Shown: positions 1 to 7,760 of the stretch, piece by piece
Layout: each line of letters opens with the position of its first letter
Position numbering within the stretch: the first letter of the stretch is position 1
Assembly: GCA_026387835.1 (NCBI GenBank)
Contig: JAPLKZ010000005.1
Coordinates: 90,001 to 122,000, forward strand
Reading direction: 5' to 3'
DNA from: Candidatus Saganbacteria bacterium
GTDB taxonomy: Bacteria; Margulisbacteria; WOR-1; JAKLHX01
DNA: 32,000 nt
Notes under the pieces: generated by a model
What the model was told of the DNA's origin: nothing
Seen by the model: only the letters and a program-made list of their open reading frames with translations
Database searches by the model: none
Translations under genes and position numbers: made by a program

Positions 1-117
1 CTCCCATAAATCATACTAATTAAAAATAGCGACAAGCATATAGAGATTATTTGTTTGAAGCAATTCGACTTAAATGTCATTTGCATTCTTCCGCGATAAG
101 CTGTTTTCTTTACTACG

Positions 118-139
118 GTTCCCTGTAGGGAACTATAAT
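118..139 (+). promoter_or_regulatory. Putative operator palindrome GTTCCCT-GT-AGGGAAC (118..133) abutting a TATAAT -10 hexamer (134..139) upstream of the XRE gene
   Basis: Perfect 7-bp inverted arms read directly from the sequence. TATAAT ends 33 nt before the ATG at 172. No convincing -35 or Shine-Dalgarno. Confidence 0.35.
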
Positions 140-171
140 ATCATGCAAATATAGTACATTCAATAATTACT

Positions 172-393
172 ATGATGTCAAATGAGAGCCTGAAAAAGGC
201 AGTTGGCAGAAGAATAACTTCCCTCCGGAAAGCCAAGAATCTTACCATTGAAAAGCTTGCTTATGAGAACGATCTTGCTAAGGGCAATCTGAGTGAGCTT
301 GAAAAGGGAAAGATTAACCCGCAACTTACGACCCTGTATAGAATTGCAAAGGGATTGGACTTGTCCTTGAAAGAATTGCTGGATATAGATTAA
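172..393 (+). CDS. XRE-family (HTH_3) transcriptional regulator, 73 aa
   Basis: The translation has the typical Cro/C1-type pattern: RITSLRKAKNLTIEKLAYENDLAKGNLSELEKGK...LTTLYRIAKGLDLSLKELL. The size matches small controller or antitoxin-type HTH proteins. Confidence 0.85.
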   Translation: MMSNESLKKAVGRRITSLRKAKNLTIEKLAYENDLAKGNLSELEKGKINPQLTTLYRIAKGLDLSLKELLDID

Positions 394-405
394 TTATTAC
401 GCCGC

Positions 406-1515
406 TTATAGTGAAATACCGGACTTCGCAAGAAGATCATTGTAAAGTTTTGCCTGTCCAGATGATCCAGGGATATATGCTTCCCGATTAAAATCACCAT
501 CTTTCAAATCGATTTTATTGAAAATATTTTGAAATTCAGTTATTGATATTACCTTGTCTGGTTTTTTAAAGCTAACGTAGATATCTTTTAATAATTTCAT
601 CAATGCAATAAATCCCGTAGATCTGTTAAGAATGGAATTCTCTTGGACTTTAGTCCACGCATCCTCCCATTTGTTTTGAATGGCCATGAAATAATTCCAA
701 ATTATCATTGTTATTATCTCGTCTTTTTCATCAATAAAAAGATTTCTGAATATAAGCTTAATTGTTTCATCCCCAACAATGCTCTTAGGTTTTCCGCCAC
801 GCTTGTATATATCCCTATCATTCATCGGGTTTTTCGTTATATACTTCATAATGTTTTGTGCCATTGTGGCTTGAGTTATTGTCTCTTTTTCTTTGTCTAA
901 TGCAGTACCAAGCAGTTTTATTTTTCCGTAAAATGGACTTCCCTTTTTGAAGTTTAATACCCGAGTAATATTATGTGCTGTCTTCTGAGGGCTTCTTGAT
1001 TTTGCATATTCAAACAGATCTATTACGAGTGATTGATTAACTTTAGTTTGAGTTTTATTAATAGTTGCGAATAGTATCGCCTGATCTTCTATTTCCATGT
1101 CGATAAAGATTGTAACGTTAAGCTGGAACTTCTCCGCTGCCATGCTATTGTCTTCAAAACCGGCAATTCTATGCTGCCCGTCTAATATTTTTGCAATATC
1201 TGGCCTTTTAATTATGGTTAATTTCTTATTATCAGGATCATAGGACACATTATCAGAGTCTATCGAAAGAATTATGCTTGTTGGAAAAGAAGCATCGACC
1301 AGATTAATGTACTGTTTTAAATCGTCAACTCTCTTTGGGGAGAGAGGCCTCTGTATTCCAATATATTTTTCTATGTCTCTCTCTTCGATTCTTCTTATGT
1401 CGCTAAACGTGATTGATAGCAGATCTTTAAAGTTTATTCTGCCGATGTAAAATTTGCCTATAGGTTGATTTACTTCTATAGAATCGATTGTTATTTTATC
1501 TGCTTTATCTGCCAT
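406..1515 (-). CDS. DGQHR-domain protein (DndB-like, ParB/Srx-fold superfamily), 369 aa
   Basis: Literal DGQHR motif (AKILDGQHRIAGF), plus the upstream IQRPLSPKRV and downstream LFATINKTQTKV motifs characteristic of the DndB/DGQHR family. The start codon overlaps the upstream stop (TAATG at 1513..1517). Confidence 0.85.
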   Translation of the reverse strand: MADKADKITIDSIEVNQPIGKFYIGRINFKDLLSITFSDIRRIEERDIEKYIGIQRPLSPKRVDDLKQYINLVDASFPTSIILSIDSDNVSYDPDNKKLTIIKRPDIAKILDGQHRIAGFEDNSMAAEKFQLNVTIFIDMEIEDQAILFATINKTQTKVNQSLVIDLFEYAKSRSPQKTAHNITRVLNFKKGSPFYGKIKLLGTALDKEKETITQATMAQNIMKYITKNPMNDRDIYKRGGKPKSIVGDETIKLIFRNLFIDEKDEIITMIIWNYFMAIQNKWEDAWTKVQENSILNRSTGFIALMKLLKDIYVSFKKPDKVISITEFQNIFNKIDLKDGDFNREAYIPGSSGQAKLYNDLLAKSGISL

Positions 1516-2135
1516 TATTTGCCCTCTGGATTTTCTGGTCCTGTTGTGTCCTTTCCAGATTCTGATTCTGGAGTTGTAGCAGCATCTTCTTCTTTAAGTT
1601 TCACCATAAGATCATCTATTTCATTGTCGCTTTCTTGTTTCAGATCGACATCGGGAAGATCTTCTTTTGATTCAAACTGGACTGAAAGGGCTCGATAAGA
1701 ACAATAAATAGAGAAACAGATTAATAATACTGAGACCCACCTTACTAAGTTTAGGTCGATGTTAATCGCAGTATTTAAAACGGGGATTATTTGTCCGGAT
1801 AAAAATATCCCACCATACATAACTGAGGAAAAAATAATAAACCATATTAAAGATATGCTTATATAATAATCGACCATCATATTCTTTTTAAGAATCCATT
1901 CTTTATTCTCATTTTCATTAAATAAAAACAATGAGGAGGATAGCAGAGCAGCACTATACAGGAAGAGATCTCCTTTATCAATAAATATATGAACTTCTTT
2001 TGGTTTTGAAATAACGCTCAATAATATCAACCCTATGATCGACGGCAAAACAGTTCCTATAACGTTATGCATCAACCCGGTAATAACTCTCCTCGTTTTT
2101 ACGATTTGCCTTTCTTTCATTTGGTTAGATCGCAT
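1515..2135 (-). CDS. Hypothetical integral membrane protein (about 4 TM helices) with an acidic, probably disordered C-terminal tail of about 55 aa
   Basis: Hydrophobic segments lie near aa 20-42, 57-72, 88-110 and 130-150. The tail is rich in D/E/K/S/T/P (ESKEDLPDVDLKQESDNEIDD...EEDAATTPESESGKDTTGPENPEGK). Both ends are coupled to neighbours by TAATG 1-nt overlaps. I recognise no family motif. Confidence 0.7.
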   Translation of the reverse strand: MRSNQMKERQIVKTRRVITGLMHNVIGTVLPSIIGLILLSVISKPKEVHIFIDKGDLFLYSAALLSSSLFLFNENENKEWILKKNMMVDYYISISLIWFIIFSSVMYGGIFLSGQIIPVLNTAINIDLNLVRWVSVLLICFSIYCSYRALSVQFESKEDLPDVDLKQESDNEIDDLMVKLKEEDAATTPESESGKDTTGPENPEGK

Positions 2136-2953
2136 TAATAGTTCCTTATGATTAATTCGTCAATCTTTTTTCGATACTCTGGTTTTCCAGAAAGAATACT
2201 ACTCCTTGTTGCCACTTCGAGATTCCCAAAATCATTATACATCTTTGCAATTTCAAAATGATTGGCGTTTAACAGTAATATTTTAGCCCCTCTTTTCCTT
2301 GCTCTAAACAAAGATCCTTTTAGGCGTAATTGATCAGCCCATGAAAATATTCTTTCGTTGTATTTCAGAAAACCGTTATTATTATGACAAACTGTATATG
2401 GAGGGTCGACAAATATAAAATCATCTTTGCCTGCCCGATCAATAACAGCTTCAAAGTCCTCGTTATTTAAGGTAGCTCTGGATAGCAAATCTGCAATGTC
2501 TGCAAAATTATCAGATTCCATTATTACATTGGTTTTTGTTCCAATAGGGACGTTGAATTCTCCGTTTTTATTAACTCTGTACAGTCCATTCCAGCATGTG
2601 CGATTCAGATATATCAATCGTGCTGCAGTTTTATAAATATCTAAGGAGATCTGTTGTCTAACATGATAATAGTATTTCTTAGAGTGATTACTGTTATGAT
2701 CTTCTAATATCTTTTTAACCTTTTTGTGATCATTTTTGATCGCTTGATATGTTGTAATCAGTTCGGAATTTAGATCAGATAGTAAAGCTTTTTGTGGCTG
2801 GATCTTAAAAAAAACTGCACCACTTCCTAGAAATGGCTCGATGTATCTTTCAAAATCAATTTTTAGCAGATCAGGGAAGTTTGCGACAAACCATCTTTTT
2901 CCGCCGGCCCATTTCAGAAAAGGTTTTACTTCCTCGTTTTTGTGATTATTCAT
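2135..2953 (-). CDS. Dam-family (D12 class, alpha group) N6-adenine DNA methyltransferase, 272 aa
   Basis: FLKWAGGKRWF N-terminal motif, EPFLGSGAVFF (FxGxG SAM-binding motif) and DPPY catalytic motif, in the order typical of Dam/DpnII-type enzymes. Confidence 0.9.
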   Translation of the reverse strand: MNNHKNEEVKPFLKWAGGKRWFVANFPDLLKIDFERYIEPFLGSGAVFFKIQPQKALLSDLNSELITTYQAIKNDHKKVKKILEDHNSNHSKKYYYHVRQQISLDIYKTAARLIYLNRTCWNGLYRVNKNGEFNVPIGTKTNVIMESDNFADIADLLSRATLNNEDFEAVIDRAGKDDFIFVDPPYTVCHNNNGFLKYNERIFSWADQLRLKGSLFRARKRGAKILLLNANHFEIAKMYNDFGNLEVATRSSILSGKPEYRKKIDELIIRNY

Positions 2954-3279
2954 GATTTTGCGAAGTGCATTTTAATATTATGAAACTAATTAACAAATAA
3001 ATCAATATCAATGACTGAAAGAATATAGACAACTTTGTTGGCGGTAGATAAATAATCGCATAAGAGTTATTGTTCACAGATGAGCTCCTTGAAGTTGTAA
3101 TCGCATAGGTTATAATTAATGGGATTAAGAAGTAACCAGTTGCGAAGTTCGTCTATCAGGGGGAGTTTCTTTTTTGTTGCGAACTAACTTTTGAGGTGGG
3201 CAGCCTAGAGGCGATGCAATCGCGTAAACTGTTCAAGTCGCACTGGCGCGCTTAATTTTATTTCCTTTACATATTAGCA

Positions 3280-3308
3280 TTGACAAATCGACAACCTTAA
3301 AGTATGTT
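3280..3308 (+). promoter_or_regulatory. Sigma70-like promoter: TTGACA (3280..3285), 17-nt spacer, TATGTT (3303..3308)
   Basis: Hexamers and spacing read from the sequence. It sits 35 nt upstream of the ATG at 3344, which is preceded by AAGGGA. Confidence 0.4.
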
Positions 3309-3343
3309 AAATTATCCGGTGTCAAACTGATAAAGGGAATATC

Positions 3344-5044
3344 ATGGAACTCAATATAAAAAAATCTATCCTTCCCGTTCTTTGTTTATCGATATTTATA
3401 TTAGCGGGATGCGGTTTATTAAATCAGCAAAGCCAAAACACTGTTTACACTACCGTTCAAAGGACTGTTGTTCCGGACGCCACTCCTTCGACCCCGATTA
3501 ATTTAACTGATTTTTCTTCATACGATGCTTATGGCTATGGCAAATGGTCGTTTGGACCGGGGCTGCCTTACGATCAGCGGCTCGATCTCATGCCCGCAAC
3601 TTTTGACGCTGCCGCCCTTAACAAAAAGACCGAACTTCTGTCATTTTTTACCATTTCCGATGTCCACATTGCCGACAAGGAAGCTCCAAACCAGTTGATC
3701 TATTGGAGCCAGCTGCATAAAACTAACTCGCTGGCGATAGCGCTTTGCTCGGGAAGTTTAATGTATTCAACACAATTTTTAGACACGGCTGTCCAAACGA
3801 TCAATGACTTACACAGACAAGATCCGTTTAATTTCGGCCTTTGTTTAGGAGACGCGGTCAACAGTTCTTCCTACATTGAAACCAGATGGTTTATTGACAT
3901 ACTTGACGGTAACCTCATCAGTCCAAGCTCCGGAGCGCATTTGGGATCTGATACGGTTGATTACCAGGAAAATTTCCAGGCAACCGGGCTCTGCAAAGAT
4001 ATTCCCTGGTATCAGGTAGTAGGCAACCACGATCACTTCTGGGGGGGCTCATTGCCTAATGCACCTGATTACCAAACCTCTTACACTGCCGGCGAGGTCC
4101 TTAAAACGAAAGATTTTCTCAATCCTTCAGACAGTACTTACTATTATTGGGGGGTATTTGACGGGATGGATCCTGTCGGTCGCATAATCGATGCCGGACC
4201 GGCCTCTTCCTTTAGTACTCCGCCTACGGTTGAAGCGGATCCAAATCGCCGTTCCCTGTCGTTAACTGATTGGATGCACGAATTTTCTAGTACAACGTCT
4301 TCCCCGGCCGGCCACGGGTTTAACTTGGCCGGTTCTGCTCCCGGCTGCTATAGTTTCGTGCCGAAACCGGGCCTTCCGCTCAAAGTGATCGTGCTGGACG
4401 ATACAGACCCGGATGACAGCGACTATACATATCTTCATGTACATGGTTATCTGGATCATGCGCGCTGGATTTGGCTTAAACAGCAGCTGGCTGACGGAGA
4501 TAGCGCCGGCCAGCTGATGATCATTGCAGCGCATGTTCCGATCGGCGTTGAACCGGCGTCTTCCTCAACGGGTTGGTCGGCAAGATCCGATGTGACCCTG
4601 GAAGATCTGGTCGCAGAATTGCAAAGCCATCCCAATTTGATAATGTGGCTGGCAGGTCATCGCCATTTAAACACCGTGAAAGCTTTTATTTCTCCCGATC
4701 CAAATCATCCGGAATACGGTTTTTGGGAAGTAGAAACCACGTCGCTCAAGGATTTTCCACAACAGCTGCGCACTTTTAAGATCGATCTAAATCAGGATAA
4801 TTCGATCTCGATTTTTGCGACCGATGTTGATCCGGCGGTCCAGGACGGATCGCTTGCCGCGAAATCACGTAAATATATGATCGGCGCGGTGCAAATATAC
4901 GGGTCGGACCTGTGGAGCAGAATTACGCAAAGCACTAATCCAACAAGTGATCCCACTATAAAAGAAATGCCGAATGGGTCATACAACGCCGAACTCGTGA
5001 AACAATTAACCCCGCCGATGGAAGCCATATTGCGGCGTCCGTGA
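3344..5044 (+). CDS. Lipoprotein metallophosphoesterase (calcineurin-like fold), 566 aa
   Basis: Signal peptide with lipobox (LSIFILAGCG). Ordered metallophosphoesterase motifs: SDVHIAD, LGDAVN, VGNHDH, AAHVP, AGHRHLN. Confidence 0.8.
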   Translation: MELNIKKSILPVLCLSIFILAGCGLLNQQSQNTVYTTVQRTVVPDATPSTPINLTDFSSYDAYGYGKWSFGPGLPYDQRLDLMPATFDAAALNKKTELLSFFTISDVHIADKEAPNQLIYWSQLHKTNSLAIALCSGSLMYSTQFLDTAVQTINDLHRQDPFNFGLCLGDAVNSSSYIETRWFIDILDGNLISPSSGAHLGSDTVDYQENFQATGLCKDIPWYQVVGNHDHFWGGSLPNAPDYQTSYTAGEVLKTKDFLNPSDSTYYYWGVFDGMDPVGRIIDAGPASSFSTPPTVEADPNRRSLSLTDWMHEFSSTTSSPAGHGFNLAGSAPGCYSFVPKPGLPLKVIVLDDTDPDDSDYTYLHVHGYLDHARWIWLKQQLADGDSAGQLMIIAAHVPIGVEPASSSTGWSARSDVTLEDLVAELQSHPNLIMWLAGHRHLNTVKAFISPDPNHPEYGFWEVETTSLKDFPQQLRTFKIDLNQDNSISIFATDVDPAVQDGSLAAKSRKYMIGAVQIYGSDLWSRITQSTNPTSDPTIKEMPNGSYNAELVKQLTPPMEAILRRP

Positions 5045-5163
5045 ATTGTGCTTGTCATGAGCGAGCGAAGCGAGTCGAATGATTAGGTATGCATAAAGAT
5101 AAAATAGGAAAATATTGAGCCGAACGAGCTTAATCCTTTTCAAATCGAAATCAGGACATCAAA

Positions 5164-5844
5164 ATGCGGATGGATAAAATTATCAGATTCACTTTCATTG
5201 TGCTTTTTCTTCTGACGGCACTGGTCATGTCAGTTTTGGCAGAAGCAAATATCTCAAGGGACGCCGCATTAAAACTGCTAAAAGACGGGAACCGCAGGTT
5301 CGCGGACATGAAATTGCTCCATCCCAATTTGAACAGTGAACGGCTGAAAGAAACCGCGGCCAACGGACAAAAACCGTTTGCGGTCGTACTGGCATGCTCG
5401 GATTCCAGGGTCCCGGTAGAATCTCTTTTTGACCGTGGCATCGGTGATATCTTTGTCGTGCGCGTTGCCGGCAATATCGCAAGCGACAGCAGTGTTATCG
5501 GCTCCGTAGAATACGGACTGGAGCACCTTCATGTCCCGCTGCTTGTCATTCTCGGTCATTCGGATTGCGGAGCTGTAAAAGCGGCTGTATCCGATGCAAA
5601 AGTTTCCGGTCATGTCGTTGAGATCAAAAATATCATTTCTTCCGTTGTCGGCCGGGTCAGGAAAAAGCAGCCCTCTATCGAGGGAGAAGACCTGTTAAAT
5701 GCTGTGATCAAAGCGAACGTTCTTGAAACCAAACAGAATCTTCTGGCAAAGAGCAGCGAGATCAGCTCTTTATTTGGAAAGAAAGAAATCAAGATAGTAA
5801 CGGCGATCTATGATATCAGGTCCGGAAAGGTGAAGTGGTTTTGA
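5164..5844 (+). CDS. Beta-class carbonic anhydrase with N-terminal signal peptide, 226 aa
   Basis: Zinc-ligand motifs ACSDSR and GHSDCGAV. Hydrophobic N-terminus FTFIVLFLLTALVMSVLAEA. Confidence 0.88.
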   Translation: MRMDKIIRFTFIVLFLLTALVMSVLAEANISRDAALKLLKDGNRRFADMKLLHPNLNSERLKETAANGQKPFAVVLACSDSRVPVESLFDRGIGDIFVVRVAGNIASDSSVIGSVEYGLEHLHVPLLVILGHSDCGAVKAAVSDAKVSGHVVEIKNIISSVVGRVRKKQPSIEGEDLLNAVIKANVLETKQNLLAKSSEISSLFGKKEIKIVTAIYDIRSGKVKWF

Positions 5845-5853
5845 GCTGCTATC

Positions 5854-5892
5854 ACTGATCTCTACAGGGCAGGGATCAGTCTTTTCATCTTT
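5854..5892 (+). terminator. Intrinsic terminator candidate after the carbonic anhydrase gene
   Basis: 10-bp stem ACTGATCTCT / AGGGATCAGT (one G-U pair) with a 7-nt loop, followed by CTTTTCATCTTT. It starts 10 nt after the stop codon. Confidence 0.5.
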
Positions 5893-5961
5893 ATATCTCC
5901 TATTCATTAATTTATACGCAAAAGTCGACTTCTGTCAAGAAAAATATTATAATGTATATAT

Positions 5962-6918
5962 ATGTATAGACCTGAGATCAAAGTCCTTGACTGCACTATC
6001 CGCGACGGGGGGCTTATCAACGAGCATCTTTTTGAAGATAAGTTCGTAAAAGCCGTTTACCGCGCGTCTTCTGCCGCAGGGGTGGATTATGTCGAGCTTG
6101 GCTACAGGCTTTCTAAAAAACAATATTCACCGGATAAGTTCGGCCGAAGCAAGTTCTGCGACGAGGATTTTCTTAAGGAGATGATCGATGGCGTAAAGAA
6201 TGGGGCAAAGATCGCGACCATGGTAGATATCGGCCGTGTGGAGCTGGACCAGATACCTCACAAAAAAGATAGTGTTGTAAATCTAATGCGCGTTGCCTGT
6301 TATGTGAAAGACGTGGACAAGGCCATCGATTACGTAAAACACCTGACGGAAAAGGGTTATGACACGACGGTCAATATAATGGCCATCTCGACCGCACTGC
6401 AACCTGACCTTGAAGAAGCGCTGGCACAGCTGTCTGAATGTCCGGTCAAGGCGGTCTATGTGGTCGACAGCTACGGGGCGCTTTTCTCGGAACAGATACA
6501 TTTTCTGGTAAACCTTTACAAGAAATATCTCCACCCGAAAAAGATAGAAGTGGGCATACATACTCACAATAACAGACAGCTTGCTTTTGCCAATACTATA
6601 GAAGCTATCCGTTTGGGAGCTAACTATCTGGACGCGTCGATATATGGTATCGGTCGCGGGCCGGGCAACTGTACGCTGGAGCTTTTACTGGCGTTCCTCA
6701 AGAACCCCAAGTTCAAACTTGATCCGATACTGGAGGTCATTGAGAAAGAATTCCTTCCATTAAAGGAAAAGATGGAATGGGGATATATCATACCTTATAT
6801 GATCACGGGGATACTCAACATGCACCCCCGCTCGGCGATCGCCCTGCGCTCGGGTAAGGACAAAGACAAATATTTAGAATTCTACCGCAGCCTGACAGCC
6901 GATATCGAACTGGTCTGA
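5962..6918 (+). CDS. DRE-TIM metallolyase / HMGL-like aldolase-type enzyme, 318 aa
   Basis: N-terminal VLDCTIRDGG motif and HTHNN metal-binding motif typical of pyruvate carboxyltransferase (HMGL-like) domains. The substrate cannot be determined from the sequence. Confidence 0.7.
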   Translation: MYRPEIKVLDCTIRDGGLINEHLFEDKFVKAVYRASSAAGVDYVELGYRLSKKQYSPDKFGRSKFCDEDFLKEMIDGVKNGAKIATMVDIGRVELDQIPHKKDSVVNLMRVACYVKDVDKAIDYVKHLTEKGYDTTVNIMAISTALQPDLEEALAQLSECPVKAVYVVDSYGALFSEQIHFLVNLYKKYLHPKKIEVGIHTHNNRQLAFANTIEAIRLGANYLDASIYGIGRGPGNCTLELLLAFLKNPKFKLDPILEVIEKEFLPLKEKMEWGYIIPYMITGILNMHPRSAIALRSGKDKDKYLEFYRSLTADIELV

Positions 6919-7013
6919 AGGCCGGTTCTTCCTTGTTCCCCGTCATTTTGGAATAGAACACCTGAAATTCACTGAATATTTAAACGATATACCAGCAGGA
7001 AAGCAATGTATTT

Positions 7014-7760
7014 ATGATAGAGAGATTATTCTTTAAATTAATAAGGCCGCGTCTGCCTGAGAGCGTAGCAGGTTACAGGAGTATGGAAAAGCCCTGGGAC
7101 AGGGCAGCGGAGGAAAGAGGGGTTTTAGGCAGGATAATGATCGATCAGAGGCGGCTGACTGTTCAGGCTCTCGGCAAAAGACCGCCGGGTATAATCGTGG
7201 ACCTTGGGTGCGGGACCGGCGCTATTATAAACGACATGAAAAGTCTTCCGGGTGTCAAAGGTGTGATCGCGTTGGACATCAACAAACAGGCGTTAGTTCT
7301 TGCCATGCAAAGGGCCCACGTTCCCGGGCACGACCTCAGGCCGTTGTATCTGAATCTGGATATGTGGCGGATTAAATTCCCGGTGAACAGGTTTGACACG
7401 GCTGTTTGTCTGGATGTGCTCAGCGAAATGCCGGAAGTGCCGGCAGCGCTCAGCATCATTCACAATTTGGTGAAACCCGGTGGCACGGTCGTGGGTAATT
7501 TTGTGGCCAGGGAAAAAGCGAATCAACTGTTCATCCGGAAATACGGGACTTTCAAGTTCCTTCAGCTCAAGACCATGTTCATGCTGGGGATGCTGTGTTC
7601 GCCCAGCAAAAAGATGTTCGAATATTTCGGAGCGAAGGGTCATGTGCGGCTGATGCCTTATAGCAGAAGCGAGGTTGAAACGTTTTTAAGCCGGTATTTT
7701 TGCAATATCAATATAGTGAGCGGTTATTATCACTGGTTCTGCGCGGAGAACAAGAAATGA
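7014..7760 (+). CDS. Class I SAM-dependent methyltransferase, 248 aa
   Basis: Motif I IIVDLGCGTGAII and a downstream acidic loop (IALDIN). The stop overlaps the next start (ATGA at 7757..7760). Confidence 0.75.
   Translation: MIERLFFKLIRPRLPESVAGYRSMEKPWDRAAEERGVLGRIMIDQRRLTVQALGKRPPGIIVDLGCGTGAIINDMKSLPGVKGVIALDINKQALVLAMQRAHVPGHDLRPLYLNLDMWRIKFPVNRFDTAVCLDVLSEMPEVPAALSIIHNLVKPGGTVVGNFVAREKANQLFIRKYGTFKFLQLKTMFMLGMLCSPSKKMFEYFGAKGHVRLMPYSRSEVETFLSRYFCNINIVSGYYHWFCAENKK

Noticed and set aside
79-150. Inverted octamers ATTTGCAT (79..86) and ATGCAAAT (143..150) flanking the XRE promoter region
   Set aside because: An 8-bp AT-rich match separated by about 55 nt is plausibly chance in DNA of roughly 25-30% GC. 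The central GTTCCCT/AGGGAAC palindrome is the better operator candidate.
3154-3165. 12-mer TATCAGGGGGAG shared with the hydrogenase-operon hairpin (28943..28954)
   Set aside because: A 32-kb window is expected to contain tens of chance 12-mer repeats, and no complementary arm is present at 3154. I mention it only as a cross-reference under the hairpin finding.
5058-5095. GC-rich imperfect repeat ATGAGCGAGCGAAGCGAGTCGAATGA downstream of the phosphoesterase gene; it contains the GCGAAGC mini-hairpin word and vaguely resembles short repeat words I have seen in other metagenomic genomes
   Set aside because: There is only one copy in the window, the extended stem is unconvincing, and no U-tract follows. 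I cannot substantiate a repeat-family assignment without a genome-wide search.
7700-7756. Longer ORF-track N-termini: 7700 for the nucleotidyltransferase, and likewise 24702, 27660 and 9020 for later genes
   Set aside because: The internal starts at 7757, 24732, 27678 and 9071 give ATGA or short-gap coupling, or a proper Shine-Dalgarno, and place the family N-terminal motifs at the expected distance. The longer versions overlap upstream genes or promoters.
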